Shown here: piece by piece, positions 9,472 through 20,168 of the stretch | Position numbering within the stretch: position 1 is the stretch's first letter | Layout of the letters: every line of letters starts with the position of its first letter | Source of the DNA: Oceanispirochaeta sp. | GTDB taxonomy: Bacteria; Spirochaetota; Spirochaetia; DSM-2461 | Direction of reading: 5' to 3' | Assembly: GCA_963663385.2 (NCBI GenBank) | Contig: CAXXXD010000001.1 | Location: 96,001 to 160,000 of the forward strand | Length of the DNA stretch: 64,000 nt | Made by a program: the position numbers and the translations under genes | Notes under the pieces: generated by a model | What the model saw: the letters and a program-made list of their open reading frames with translations, nothing else | What the model was told of the DNA's origin: nothing | The model's database searches: none

Positions 9472-10818
9472 ATGGAACAGAAATACCTTTACCCTTCAGA
9501 TTTTATCTGGGGAGCCGCTACAGCATCCTACCAGATAGAGGGAGCCTATAACGAAGACGGGAGGGGAATGTCCACCTGGGATACCTTTTCCAGAGAACCG
9601 GGCAGAGTTCTGAACGGCGATACCGGAGACATAGCCTGCGACCATTATCACCGTACAAAAGAAGATATTGCCCTGATGAAAGAGATGGGATTGAAAAACT
9701 ACCGTTTTTCCATTGCCTGGCCCCGGATCATGCCTACCGGCGAAGGCGAAGTTAACCAGAAAGGACTGGACTTCTACAGCCGGCTTGTGGACGATCTTCT
9801 GGAGGCGGGGATCGAACCGCTTATCACCCTGTTTCACTGGGATCTGCCTCAGGCCCTGCAGGATAAATACGGAGGGTGGAAAAGCAAGGAAGTCAGCCGT
9901 CTTTTTGCAGAGTACGCAGACGTGGTTACAAAAGCCCTGGGAGACCGGGTAAAACGCTGGGCCACCATTAACGAAATAATGTGCTTTACAATCCTGGCCC
10001 ACGAGGCGGATGTCCATGCCCCGGGAGGAAAGGAACCTAAAGCCGTCACCAATCAGACCGTGCACAATGCCCTTCTGGGACACGGGCTGGCGCTGGAGAA
10101 AATCCGGGCGAATGTCCCGGACGCCATAGCCGGGATTGTAGAAAACCTCTCCGCCCCCTGGCCTCTACTGACGGAAGAGCCCTACCTGACAGCGGCCGGA
10201 ACAGCATGGAAGTATAAAAACTCCCAGATACTCTTCCCCCTGATGACAGGCAGATATGACAGAGAGATCTTCGAACGCCAGTTCGGTCCCCTTCCCGAAT
10301 ACACGGAGGAAGAGATGAAAAAAATCGGCGCTCCCATCGATTATATAGGGTATAACTTCTACTTCGGGACCCCCGTCCGGGCTGATGATAATGTAAAAGG
10401 CTATAGGGATATTGAAATGCCCGCAGCCTTTCCACGGACTGCTATGGGATGGGAGATCAACCCGGAAGCCCTCTACTGGTCTCTCCGGTATACAAAAGAG
10501 TATTTTGGAGACATTCCCGTTTATATTACCGAAAACGGGATGGCCGCCGATGACAAAGTGGAAGAAGACGGTTCCGTCCAGGATATAGACCGGATCAGCT
10601 ACCTGCGCTCCCACCTTAAATCCATGCACCGGGCCATTGAGGAGGGGATAAACCTGAAAGGCTACTATGTCTGGTCCCTTATGGACAACTTCGAGTGGGC
10701 TCTGGGTTACTCAAAACGCTTCGGCGTTGTCCGGGTTAACTACGAGACCCAGGAAAGAACTGTTAAAGAGTCGGGCAGGTATTACAGCCGGGTAATGGCG
10801 GCTAACCGGGTTTTATAG
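9472..10818 (+). CDS. GH1 beta-glucosidase
   Basis: FIWGAATASYQIEG, TINE acid/base, ITENG nucleophile, DNFEW; AAAGGAG RBS before ATG 9472. Confidence 0.95.
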   Translation: MEQKYLYPSDFIWGAATASYQIEGAYNEDGRGMSTWDTFSREPGRVLNGDTGDIACDHYHRTKEDIALMKEMGLKNYRFSIAWPRIMPTGEGEVNQKGLDFYSRLVDDLLEAGIEPLITLFHWDLPQALQDKYGGWKSKEVSRLFAEYADVVTKALGDRVKRWATINEIMCFTILAHEADVHAPGGKEPKAVTNQTVHNALLGHGLALEKIRANVPDAIAGIVENLSAPWPLLTEEPYLTAAGTAWKYKNSQILFPLMTGRYDREIFERQFGPLPEYTEEEMKKIGAPIDYIGYNFYFGTPVRADDNVKGYRDIEMPAAFPRTAMGWEINPEALYWSLRYTKEYFGDIPVYITENGMAADDKVEEDGSVQDIDRISYLRSHLKSMHRAIEEGINLKGYYVWSLMDNFEWALGYSKRFGVVRVNYETQERTVKESGRYYSRVMAANRVL

Positions 10819-10850
10819 AGCAAACCTTCACTTGTATTCAGACTGAACGA

Positions 10851-10887
10851 AAAGGCTGTTTCCCGAAACGGAAGCGGTCTTTTTTTT
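10851..10887 (+). terminator. Rho-independent terminator after GH1
   Basis: AAAGGCTGTTTCC...GGAAGCGGTCTTT stem followed by a T-tract. Confidence 0.75.
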
Positions 10888-10988
10888 ATTTATAGAAGAA
10901 TTAGTTTGACGTGTTTCAACATTAATGATAAATTCGCCTTACCATCTTACTAAGTTAAACTAAGCATGTTAATCAAGGCGGTTCAGAA

Positions 10989-12170
10989 GTGAAATCATCC
11001 AGGAATTCAAAAGAACAGAGACGGGATAACGCATTCAATGTTCTGAATATTATTCGCAACAATAAGCAGGGAGTTACCCGGAAACAGATTACGGAAAAAA
11101 CCGGACTCAGCTATCCGTCTGTAAACGATATAGTGAATTACCTTGACAGCTTCGGTTTCCTGGAAACGTTCGAAGGAGAGGGAGACAGCCGGAAGAAAGT
11201 TCCCTGCTACAGATTCTCCGGAGGAAACTACCGGGTCCTGGGATTGAGTATCATCCCCCGAAAGATCATTGGCGTCTGCTGCGATCTGAAAGGGAATATC
11301 CTCAACCGCTTTGAAGAACACTATGATGAGATTCAGGACAGGTTCCCGGAAACAGTTCTTGCCCGCTTCAGGAAGATCAAGACTGATATGGAAAAAGCAG
11401 ATACAGAAGTTCTCGGCCTGGGGATAGGTGCCCCGGGTCTCCTGAACCCGAAGGAAGGCATAATCCGCTATGCGGCCCAGTTCCATGAACTGGAAGGTCT
11501 GAACCTGAAGGAGACCTTTTCAAAAGGGCTGAACCTTCCGGTATTCCTGGAACACAACCCCAATCTGAGCGCCTTTGCAGAAAAGCGAATCGGTGCGGCA
11601 CAGGATCTATCGGATTTCCTGTATGTCATACTGGACTCCGGAATTGGAGGCTGCCTTTTTCACGGCAACAGACTATTCCGGGGCAGCTCTCCTTTTCTGG
11701 GGGAACTGGGACACTCATCCGTACACTATGATGGTCCTCTCTGCCAGTGCGGAAACCATGGCTGCCTGGAATTATATGCCGGTTATGATGTGTTGAACAA
11801 GAAAATGGCAGCCTGTTCAAATAGGGATGAGAGTGAAAGGATCCTGGAAGAAGTGTCCAGTTATATCGGATCCTCGATCAGCAATCTGGTCAGTTTTCTG
11901 GGAATCTGCAATATCATATTCTGCGGAAAATCCATAAGGGAATACCCCGAACTCTTCTATAAAACAAGACAGGTTCTTCTGACCAGGACCCTGCCGGTTT
12001 TTGAACCGGATTTTAATATCAAACAAACGTCTCTGGAGCATGATGCCTCCCCCCTGGGGGCAGCCCTGTGGATGGGTGAGATTGCCCTTTCAAATTTGAG
12101 TTCCCAGTTCTTCCCGATGGCGCCGGATCTGGATTTGAAACTGGACGGAGTTATGAAATCAAGTATGTAG
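10989..12170 (+). CDS. ROK-family transcriptional regulator
   Basis: N-terminal HTH (TRKQITEKTGLSYPSV), GIGAPG, GELGH...CQCGNHGCLE Zn motif. Confidence 0.9.
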   Translation: MKSSRNSKEQRRDNAFNVLNIIRNNKQGVTRKQITEKTGLSYPSVNDIVNYLDSFGFLETFEGEGDSRKKVPCYRFSGGNYRVLGLSIIPRKIIGVCCDLKGNILNRFEEHYDEIQDRFPETVLARFRKIKTDMEKADTEVLGLGIGAPGLLNPKEGIIRYAAQFHELEGLNLKETFSKGLNLPVFLEHNPNLSAFAEKRIGAAQDLSDFLYVILDSGIGGCLFHGNRLFRGSSPFLGELGHSSVHYDGPLCQCGNHGCLELYAGYDVLNKKMAACSNRDESERILEEVSSYIGSSISNLVSFLGICNIIFCGKSIREYPELFYKTRQVLLTRTLPVFEPDFNIKQTSLEHDASPLGAALWMGEIALSNLSSQFFPMAPDLDLKLDGVMKSSM

Positions 12171-12219
12171 AAAGGTTCCCGGTAAAGGGGAATCGTAAGG
12201 TTACATAAAGGAGTTATTT

Positions 12220-13563
12220 ATGAAAAAGATCACATGTATGAAACGCATCCTCGCTGCCAGTCTGATGAGCATCGGATTGTGTGCCCCTGTTTTTGCGGAG
12301 GGACAGAAGGAAAAGGCTGAAACGTCCGGCAGTCTGGAGATTTTCGCCTTTGCCGGCCCTATAAAGGAAGCATTCTGGCAGGAAGCCATAGCAGAATATA
12401 ACAGCCGTTACCCCGATGTGGAGGTATCTCTTACCGCCGGCCCCAAAATCAACGATCAGGTCCGGATCAATATTGCCGCCGGGAATGCACCCGATATCTA
12501 TTTCAGTGCGGGAGCCGGTAAGATTACCATCCCCCAGATGGTTGCGGAAGACCTGATCCTCCCTCTGGATGATCTGCTGAATGGGCCGGACTGGAATGAT
12601 AAGGGGACTCTGAAGGATTCCCTTATCAACGGAAGGGTTCAGAAGATTGACGGGACCACATACGGAATAGAAGTTCCCTTTCATCTGGTCGGATTTTTCT
12701 ATCATGAACCGACCTTTGCAGAGAACGGATGGAAAGTTCCGGAAAACTTTGATGACTTCCGCCGGATAGCACCTGAAATCCAGGCGAAGGGAATATCTCC
12801 CATGGTTACCACCGGTGTTTATCCCTACTATTTTGAAGAGTTTGTCATGCGCGGCGCCGTTGCCGCTGCCGGTGGCAAGCAGGCTCTTCTGGACTGGGCA
12901 AACCTGAAACCCGGCTTTTTTACATCTCCCGCTTTCAAACGTGTGGTTGAAAAGTATGAATGGACCATATCCCAGGGGTATCAGATGCCGGAAAGCGCCG
13001 GTCTGAACCACACAGCCAGCCAGACGGAGTGGGTTCACAGCAAAGCAGCCCTCATTCCCTGCGGGACCTGGATTGAGAGTGAAATGAAAAACGACTTCCC
13101 CGAAGGATTCACCGAAGGGATCCGCTTTCTGCCCTCCTTCTTTATCGACAATAATCAGGACATGATCGTGACCCCTTATGGGAATGCTCCTGTAACAGTA
13201 CTCAAAGGTGACGGCGAAGAGAATGCGAAAAACTTTATCCGGGCCCTCTATGCCCCCAGGGTTATGGCGAAACTGACAGAGATTACCAATATCCTCAGCA
13301 ATGTTCCGGAAGCCAACTCAATCTCTCAGAAAAGCCCTGCCATCAGCAGTGCGGTGGACTGGTATGAAAATGCCCGGAGTATTAACTGGCCCGTTGGCGG
13401 TTATGCCACTCAGGATATTACCAAAACGCTCCAGGGCAACCTGCAGAGCCTGATGAGCGGAAAGATTACAGCTGATGAACTCTGCAGCAATATGGAAACT
13501 GCCGCAGAAAAAGTCCGCAGCGACAAAAACATTTCCTATTTCGACGCTTACATCCCCGAATAA
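12220..13563 (+). CDS. Carbohydrate ABC transporter substrate-binding protein (NgcE-like)
   Basis: Signal peptide ...VFAEGQKE; PDI motif, CGTWIESEM; precedes two permeases. Confidence 0.85.
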   Translation: MKKITCMKRILAASLMSIGLCAPVFAEGQKEKAETSGSLEIFAFAGPIKEAFWQEAIAEYNSRYPDVEVSLTAGPKINDQVRINIAAGNAPDIYFSAGAGKITIPQMVAEDLILPLDDLLNGPDWNDKGTLKDSLINGRVQKIDGTTYGIEVPFHLVGFFYHEPTFAENGWKVPENFDDFRRIAPEIQAKGISPMVTTGVYPYYFEEFVMRGAVAAAGGKQALLDWANLKPGFFTSPAFKRVVEKYEWTISQGYQMPESAGLNHTASQTEWVHSKAALIPCGTWIESEMKNDFPEGFTEGIRFLPSFFIDNNQDMIVTPYGNAPVTVLKGDGEENAKNFIRALYAPRVMAKLTEITNILSNVPEANSISQKSPAISSAVDWYENARSINWPVGGYATQDITKTLQGNLQSLMSGKITADELCSNMETAAEKVRSDKNISYFDAYIPE

Positions 13564-13645
13564 CAAGCTTTTTTTCAAACGGGGCCATTACAGATAAGAC
13601 TTCTGCCGTGGCCCCTGATTTCAAAACACCCCCGGAGGTACTCAT

Positions 13646-14569
13646 ATGTCCCGACCATCCCTTATCAGCGGAAAAGGACGGACCAATCCCGAATTCCTGA
13701 TATTTGTCATTGCCGGTATGGCCCCGGCTGTCATTCTATCCTTCTGGCTGCATATCTATCCCGTATTTCAGGGTCTGTTTATCAGCCTTTTCAGGTGGAG
13801 CGGATTGTCCCCTAAAAAGACTTTCGCCGGTCTTGGTAATTACAGCGCAATTTTTTCTGATCCCATTGTATGGACCGCACTGGGCCATGACCTTTATCTC
13901 GTATTTTTCAAAAGCCTTTTTACTATCAGTTTGGCTCTTTTCTTCTCGGTGCTGCTCTTTTTCTCATCCAAAAGAAGACAGAAACTCTACCAGGGTATCT
14001 TTTTCTTTCCCAATATCCTTTCGGTTGCCATCGTCGGCATCATCTTTACCTTTGTCTATAATCCATCCATTGGAATTTTAAATACCCTGCTGAATCAGAT
14101 CGGTCTTTCCCAGCTGGCCAGACCCTGGCTGGGAGATCCGGGAGCAGCCCTGAACGCCGTACTCTTCCCCTCCATCTGGGCTGCCGTAGGCTACCAGATG
14201 CTTCTGATAAGCGCCGGAATGGCATCACTGCCTTCAGTCTATTTTGAAGTCGGTCTTCTGGAGGGAGCGTCCCGGTTTCAGGAATTCATTTATATAATTT
14301 TCCCCCTTCTGAGGAATATCCTCAAAACATGCCTTTCCCTTCTTGTAATCAATACCCTGAACGAATCCTTTATTTTTATCAGGGTCATGACAAACGGAGG
14401 ACCGAATCATGCCACGGAGGTTCTGGGAACCTATATGTATTACCAGGCCTTCCAGAACTTCAAATTCGGTTATGGAACGACCGTGGCGGTAGTGAACTTT
14501 CTGGTCGCCATGGCCCTGACAGTCCTCGTTACAAAATTACTGAAAAAGGAGGGCCTGGAATATGCCTGA
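13646..14569 (+). CDS. Carbohydrate ABC permease (CUT1)
   Basis: TM helices, EAA-like loop, MTNGGPNHATEV motif. Confidence 0.9.
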   Translation: MSRPSLISGKGRTNPEFLIFVIAGMAPAVILSFWLHIYPVFQGLFISLFRWSGLSPKKTFAGLGNYSAIFSDPIVWTALGHDLYLVFFKSLFTISLALFFSVLLFFSSKRRQKLYQGIFFFPNILSVAIVGIIFTFVYNPSIGILNTLLNQIGLSQLARPWLGDPGAALNAVLFPSIWAAVGYQMLLISAGMASLPSVYFEVGLLEGASRFQEFIYIIFPLLRNILKTCLSLLVINTLNESFIFIRVMTNGGPNHATEVLGTYMYYQAFQNFKFGYGTTVAVVNFLVAMALTVLVTKLLKKEGLEYA

Positions 14570-15404
14570 CAAAAAACGGATTTCCTTTGGCGCAGCTGCC
14601 TCCATGACACTCCTGCTTATATGGACACTGATAATCATCTATCCCATGATCTGGACTTTTCTGGGTTCATTCAAGGACAACATGAGCCTGTATGAAAATC
14701 CCTGGGGCATCCCTTCTGTTTTTCATTTTGAAAACTACAGCAGAGCCTGGGGCGAGGCAAATATCGGACGCTATTTCTTCAACAGCGTTATAGTAACAGT
14801 GATTTCCCTGGGAGCCGGCGTTTTTATTTCCGTTCTGGCAGCCTATATTGTCTGCCGCTTTCCCTTCCGTCCGGTAAAAATCTGTTTCCATATAATGACG
14901 GTATCCATGATGCTGCCGCTGGTACTGACCCTGGTACCCAAGTTCATGATCATTCAGAAAACCGGACTGCTGGACACTCATATAGGTCTTATCCTGATCT
15001 ATGTGGCCGGAGGAATCCCATTCGGGGTCTTTACCATGGAAAGCTACTTCCAGTCCCTGCCGATTGACTTTGAGGAGTCAGCCTACCTGGACGGGGCTTC
15101 ACCACTAAGGACATTCATAAGTATTATTATGCCGGTTACCACATCCGGAACAGTTGTAGTCTCTATCTTCCTTTTCCTGCGGAGCTGGAACGAAGTGTAC
15201 CATGCCATGATCCTTCTGCTTACTGAAAGCAAGTATACCATCCCCCTCGGTATGATCCGCTTGATCGAAGTACAGCAGTATTCAGTCGAATGGGGTCCGA
15301 TCCTGGCGGGAGTTACTATAGCTATCGTTCCGATCATACTGTTCTATATACTATCACAGAAAAAACTGGTCGCAGGACTGACCGAAGGAGGACTTAAAGG
15401 ATGA
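14562..15404 (+). CDS. Carbohydrate ABC permease (CUT1)
   Basis: EESAYLDGAS EAA motif, SWNE. Confidence 0.9.
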   Translation: MPDKKRISFGAAASMTLLLIWTLIIIYPMIWTFLGSFKDNMSLYENPWGIPSVFHFENYSRAWGEANIGRYFFNSVIVTVISLGAGVFISVLAAYIVCRFPFRPVKICFHIMTVSMMLPLVLTLVPKFMIIQKTGLLDTHIGLILIYVAGGIPFGVFTMESYFQSLPIDFEESAYLDGASPLRTFISIIMPVTTSGTVVVSIFLFLRSWNEVYHAMILLLTESKYTIPLGMIRLIEVQQYSVEWGPILAGVTIAIVPIILFYILSQKKLVAGLTEGGLKG

Positions 15405-16870
15405 AAGAACAGAACATACTTTATATACTGACAGATCAACACCGCTGGGACATGCTGGGAGCCTATGGTCACCCTCAGGTAAAAACACCCCATATAGATT
15501 CTCTGGCCAGGGACGGCCTGACCTTTAATCATGCCTTTACCCCCTCTTCTATCTGCGGTCCCGCCCGGACCAGCCTTTTTACCGGGCAGGTCCCCACTAC
15601 ACACGGGGTAGCGCAGAATGCGGAAACCGGACACCTGCAGCATCATAAGGCTGATCCCCTGCCCGAGATCCCGACTCTGGGAGACTATCTGGCTGATTAT
15701 GAAAAGATCTACCTGGGAAAATGGCATATCGCCGAAACCAGACTGCCCTCGGATTACGGCTTCAAGGGCCACAATTTCCCCGGATACGGCTACCCGGGTT
15801 CTGGGGTTCACAAGAATCTGGTATTTGATCAGGGACCGGGAGAGAAAAACCGCTACAGGGACTGGCTGGAGGAAAAAGGGTACCCCATCCCGGAAGTCAG
15901 CGAAAGCTTTATGGGGAATAACCCCAATCTTCAGAAACAGGAACTGAGAGGAAAACTCAGCGGCACAAAGGAACACACCATCCCGGCCTTCCTTTACGAT
16001 GAGGCAAAAAGATACCTGACAAACAGAGATAAATCAAAACCCTTCTTTATGTGGATGAATTTCTGGGGCCCCCACACCCCCTGTACCATCCCCGAACCCT
16101 ACTACTCCATGTACGATCCCCGGGAAATTGCCGAAGACCCCGCCTTCAGGGAATCCTTCGAAAATAAACCTCTTCACCAAAAGCATATATCCTATATGTG
16201 GGGCGTACACGATTTGAACTGGGAGGAGTGGAGCCTTATAATCGCCCGCTACTTCGGATATATTACTTTGATTGACGACTATATCGGCCTTTTACTGGAT
16301 TTTTTGAAAGAAGAAGGCCTCTATGATAACACGACTATTGTGTTTACAGCTGATCACGGGGATGCCATGGGGGCCCACAGACTGATAGAAAAGGGTGAGT
16401 TCATGTACGATGAAACGTACCGGATTCCCATGATCGTCAAATCGCCGCTGATTAGAGAACCCGGATCCGGAAATGACGATTTCGTCTACCTTCATGATCT
16501 GTTTCCCACGGCCCTGGAACTGGCCGGGGAAGATCTGCCCGAACTGGACCAGGCCCGGAGTCTTGTTCCCATACTGAAAGGGGAATCCTCCCGGGCACCC
16601 AGAGAATTTGTCTACGGTCAGTTCACCGGACACTTTACCGACTACAATCAGAGAATGATACGGACAAAAGAGCACAAGCTGGTCTTCAATGCCCCGGAGA
16701 AGGGAGAACTCTACCACCTGACGGAGGACCCCTGCGAAATGATAAATCTTATCCATCACCCCGACTATAAAGGAGTAAAAAAAGATTTGATTAATCAGCT
16801 GCTGAAAGAAATGCGGCAGCTGAAGGATCCCATGACCGAGTGGGTAACCCGGATAAGTCAGTATTATTAA
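15401..16870 (+). CDS. Cys-type (formylglycine-dependent) sulfatase
   Basis: NILYILTDQHR, CGPARTSLFTG (CxPxR), GKWH, ADHGD motifs. Confidence 0.92.
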   Translation: MKEQNILYILTDQHRWDMLGAYGHPQVKTPHIDSLARDGLTFNHAFTPSSICGPARTSLFTGQVPTTHGVAQNAETGHLQHHKADPLPEIPTLGDYLADYEKIYLGKWHIAETRLPSDYGFKGHNFPGYGYPGSGVHKNLVFDQGPGEKNRYRDWLEEKGYPIPEVSESFMGNNPNLQKQELRGKLSGTKEHTIPAFLYDEAKRYLTNRDKSKPFFMWMNFWGPHTPCTIPEPYYSMYDPREIAEDPAFRESFENKPLHQKHISYMWGVHDLNWEEWSLIIARYFGYITLIDDYIGLLLDFLKEEGLYDNTTIVFTADHGDAMGAHRLIEKGEFMYDETYRIPMIVKSPLIREPGSGNDDFVYLHDLFPTALELAGEDLPELDQARSLVPILKGESSRAPREFVYGQFTGHFTDYNQRMIRTKEHKLVFNAPEKGELYHLTEDPCEMINLIHHPDYKGVKKDLINQLLKEMRQLKDPMTEWVTRISQYY

Positions 16871-16893
16871 GCCGCCACAGGGAAGGTTCAGAC

Positions 16894-17976
16894 ATGAAAG
16901 AGAAAACAAGGATACTGGTCGCCGGCTGCGGTGCCATGGGCCGTTCTCACAGCCTGGCTTACAGCAGACTGGAAGAGTTTGAAATTGTCGGGCTCGTCAG
17001 CCGCAATCCGGAAAGCCGGGAGGCTCTCGCCGGGGAACTGAACCTTTCCTGCCCCCTCTACAGTAACTATCAAACAGCGTTAAACGAACAGAGACCTGAC
17101 GCCGTGTCTATTAATACTCTGACCGACAGCCACTACAGCTATGCGAAAGCAGCATTGGAACAGGGATGCCATGTCTTTATGGAAAAGCCGGCGGCAGAAA
17201 CTGTCAGGGAAGCAGAAGATCTGATCCGGCTTGCCCGGAAGAAAAGCCGGGTGCTCCTGATCGGATACATTCTGCAGCATCACCCGGCCTGGCAGGAGTT
17301 TACCAGAGCGGCCCGTAACCTGGGCAGTCCGCTGGTCATGAGAATGAACCTGAACCAGCAATCCAGCGGCAGGGGCTGGGAAAAACACAAAAGCAAACTG
17401 GAAACCCTGTCGCCTCTGGTGGAATGCGGCGTCCATTATGTAGAGATCATGTGCCGCATGACTGGCTCACAGCCTCTCAGGGTCAGTGCGGCAGGAGCAC
17501 GGCTTACCGGGGAGATTCCGGAATCTTCCCATAATTACGGGCATATGCAGATAGAGTTTTCCGACGGTTCCATCGGCTGGTATGAATCAGGCTGGGGTCC
17601 CATGATGAGCCGGAATGCTTTTTTTATCAAGGATGTCTGCGGCCCCGGGGGAAGCGTCAGCCTTATCCCCTCTCCGAATAAAAGGCCCTATGAATCCAGT
17701 TCGCTTGATGATCATACAAGAACAGACTGCCTGGAAATACACAGAAGCAAACTGAACGACTGCGGTGATTTTGCCGGGAAGGACAGGATACACGAATTCA
17801 GTCCGGAAGAGTCTCCGGGGCATGACGGACTTTGCCTGCTTGAGCAGAGATTTTTCCTTAAGGTGATTCAGGAGGGTTTGGACCTCGGGGATCATCATAG
17901 AACCGTTGTCAACAGCCTGAGAATTGTTCTGGCTGCTGAAAAGTCAATCAGAACAGGAGAAACGGTGCCCCTGTAG
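16894..17976 (+). CDS. Gfo/Idh/MocA-family oxidoreductase
   Basis: GCGAMG Rossmann motif, HVFMEKP, CGVHY. Confidence 0.88.
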   Translation: MKEKTRILVAGCGAMGRSHSLAYSRLEEFEIVGLVSRNPESREALAGELNLSCPLYSNYQTALNEQRPDAVSINTLTDSHYSYAKAALEQGCHVFMEKPAAETVREAEDLIRLARKKSRVLLIGYILQHHPAWQEFTRAARNLGSPLVMRMNLNQQSSGRGWEKHKSKLETLSPLVECGVHYVEIMCRMTGSQPLRVSAAGARLTGEIPESSHNYGHMQIEFSDGSIGWYESGWGPMMSRNAFFIKDVCGPGGSVSLIPSPNKRPYESSSLDDHTRTDCLEIHRSKLNDCGDFAGKDRIHEFSPEESPGHDGLCLLEQRFFLKVIQEGLDLGDHHRTVVNSLRIVLAAEKSIRTGETVPL

Positions 17977-18062
17977 TATCCATAGCAGACAATGGCACCG
18001 GGTACAGATATCTCACAGTCACTGAACAGTCAACAGCAGACCAGAAGTTTGACTCATCCTTA

Positions 18063-18668
18063 ATGGGGAACTATTCTTGTATTATGATAAAGAAATTCCT
18101 GTCCGTACTGAAAAAACGCGATTTGAAAATAAGGGATCTCTACAGGATTCAGGGGAAACGGGTTCAGATTGATATCAGGATTTCCAGCTATCAGGATTTT
18201 TTCAGTGACTGGGATTATTCTCCGATTAAAATGAGAGATCTTAACGATGACCTTTTTTCCTATCTTCTGGAATGCAGCATGGAGATTCCCCAGAAATACC
18301 CGCTGGATATCGTCCTTCATATACCTGAAGGAGTTAAAAACGAAAAAAAGGAACTGTCCAACAGAACCAGTTACAGGAACTATCTGCTGTATCGCCACCG
18401 CCTCTGCCTGCGGGAAAGGCAAAACAGCTATATCAGGATGGTGTGGTTCTTTCTATTCGGAGTTCTGTTTATCGGTATTGGATATTTCCTTGAAGGACAC
18501 GAAAGGTTCGCGGTCATAAAAATCCTTAAAGAAGGTTTTTTTATCGGAGGCTGGGTCCTTTTCTGGGAACTCTTTTCTTCGCTGTTCTTCAATATCAGGG
18601 AGTTGGACAAACGCATCTCAATGGTCAATCGACTGGTGAAAGCCGGCCTGGAATTCCATTATCACTGA
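18063..18668 (+). CDS. Hypothetical membrane protein (two C-terminal TM helices)
   Basis: Soluble N-terminus with FSDWDYSP..RDL motif, two hydrophobic helices ending IGGWVLFWE. Confidence 0.65.
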   Translation: MGNYSCIMIKKFLSVLKKRDLKIRDLYRIQGKRVQIDIRISSYQDFFSDWDYSPIKMRDLNDDLFSYLLECSMEIPQKYPLDIVLHIPEGVKNEKKELSNRTSYRNYLLYRHRLCLRERQNSYIRMVWFFLFGVLFIGIGYFLEGHERFAVIKILKEGFFIGGWVLFWELFSSLFFNIRELDKRISMVNRLVKAGLEFHYH

Positions 18669-18827
18669 TTCGGAGCGGGAATCCCATTGTATTCGTAATG
18701 ATAATCAGCTCTGGTTCATCCTCTCAGATGCAGTATTATCTATGCATACCAGCCCCGGAGCCGGGGCGACAGCAGACTGGACAGGAGATATATCGCCGGC
18801 CATAATACCGGGACGAGGAACACCGGA

Positions 18828-20087
18828 ATGAAAAAGATTATTCAGAACACATTACTTGGTTCGGAAATTCAGGATATCCTGATTGAGGGGAGCAGAATTG
18901 CCGCTATAGGCTCCGGACTGGCAGCGGCTCATCCTGATGCAAGGATTATAGACGGCAGCGATACAGCAGTCTTCCCCTCTTTTATCAACGGGCATACACA
19001 CTCTCCCATGACCCTGCTCAGAGGAGCAGGGGACGACCTGGCTCTCAAGGAATGGCTGGAAGACTGCATGTGGCCCCTTGAAGCGCAATTTACAGATGAG
19101 GATTTCTACTGGGGCAACAAAATGGCCCTGATGGAAATGATCCGTACAGGGACCGGTTTTTTTAATGAAATGTACTGGAACCCGCACATTGCGCTGAAAG
19201 CCCTTGAAGGGGTTCCCCTTAAAGCTCGGATAAACTTTCCCGTAATGGACCTGATGGATCCGGATGAAGGAAAGAAGCAGTGGAAAAACTGCGAAGAATT
19301 TTTCAGAAAGACAACTGCACCTCCCGGTGTTCAGCTGGGGACTGTTCTTCACTCGGTCTATACAAACAGCAGGAAATCCCTAGAGTGGATCAGAGATTTC
19401 GCCGCAGAGAGAAACCTTCCCATCCATATTCATATATCTGAAACAGAAAGAGAGGTGAAGGACTGCATGGAAGCCCATGAAGGTCTCAGTCCTGTCGAAT
19501 ACCTCCACAGGCTGGGAGTCCTGTCGGAGCGGACTTTTGCGGCCCATACGGTCCACCTTTCGGATCGGGATTTGGAGATCCTGTCCGATACAGGAGTAAA
19601 TGTAATACATAACCCGGGATCCAATATGAAGCTTTCATCCGGAGTATTTCCCTACAGGGCACTGAAAGACAGAAACATACCGATCCTTCTGGGAACTGAC
19701 GGAGTCGCCTCAAACAATAACCTGGATATGCTGGAAGAGATGAAACTGGCGGCCCTGCTGCAGAAGGTGCATTCCGGGGACCCCACACTGATGACCGCTG
19801 AAGAGATTTTTACGATTGCGACACAGAAGGGCGCGGATCTGTTCGGTACAGGCGGAGGAGTTATTGAGGTTGGCAGGGAGGCGGATCTGATTCTGATGGA
19901 CCTGAAGTCCCCCGCTCTTTTTCCAACCTGGAATCTGATTTCCTCCATGGTTTACAGCGCTTCGGGCAGGGATGTGAAAACCCACATTTCAGCCGGTAAT
20001 GTTCTTATGGAGGACTATAAAATACCCGGCTATGAAGACGCTTTGGAGGGAGCGGCCCGCTGCTTCAACAGATTGAAATCCCTATAA
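18828..20087 (+). CDS. Amidohydrolase, MTA/SAH/5'-deoxyadenosine deaminase-like (MtaD paralogue 1)
   Basis: NGHTH, HIHISET, AHTVHL, GTDGVASNN motifs; next to mtnA/mtnP cluster. Confidence 0.8.
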   Translation: MKKIIQNTLLGSEIQDILIEGSRIAAIGSGLAAAHPDARIIDGSDTAVFPSFINGHTHSPMTLLRGAGDDLALKEWLEDCMWPLEAQFTDEDFYWGNKMALMEMIRTGTGFFNEMYWNPHIALKALEGVPLKARINFPVMDLMDPDEGKKQWKNCEEFFRKTTAPPGVQLGTVLHSVYTNSRKSLEWIRDFAAERNLPIHIHISETEREVKDCMEAHEGLSPVEYLHRLGVLSERTFAAHTVHLSDRDLEILSDTGVNVIHNPGSNMKLSSGVFPYRALKDRNIPILLGTDGVASNNNLDMLEEMKLAALLQKVHSGDPTLMTAEEIFTIATQKGADLFGTGGGVIEVGREADLILMDLKSPALFPTWNLISSMVYSASGRDVKTHISAGNVLMEDYKIPGYEDALEGAARCFNRLKSL

Positions 20088-20116
20088 CTGGAACCGCTTC
20101 AATTAACTTCAATGGT

Positions 20117-20148
20117 TTCCGCCTGCTTCCCGGAGTAAACAGGCGGAA
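20117..20148. terminator. Hairpin between convergent amidohydrolase and aldolase genes
   Basis: TTCCGCCTG...CAGGCGGAA inverted repeat. Confidence 0.55.
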
Positions 20149-20168
20149 CGATTAACGGAGTGTATCGA

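Noticed and set aside
18669..18827. Possible SAM or other riboswitch upstream of the deaminase (also checked 26346-26450 and 27639-27732)
   Set aside because: Only short hairpins; no S-box or other recognisable consensus. An Rfam/Infernal scan would be decisive.
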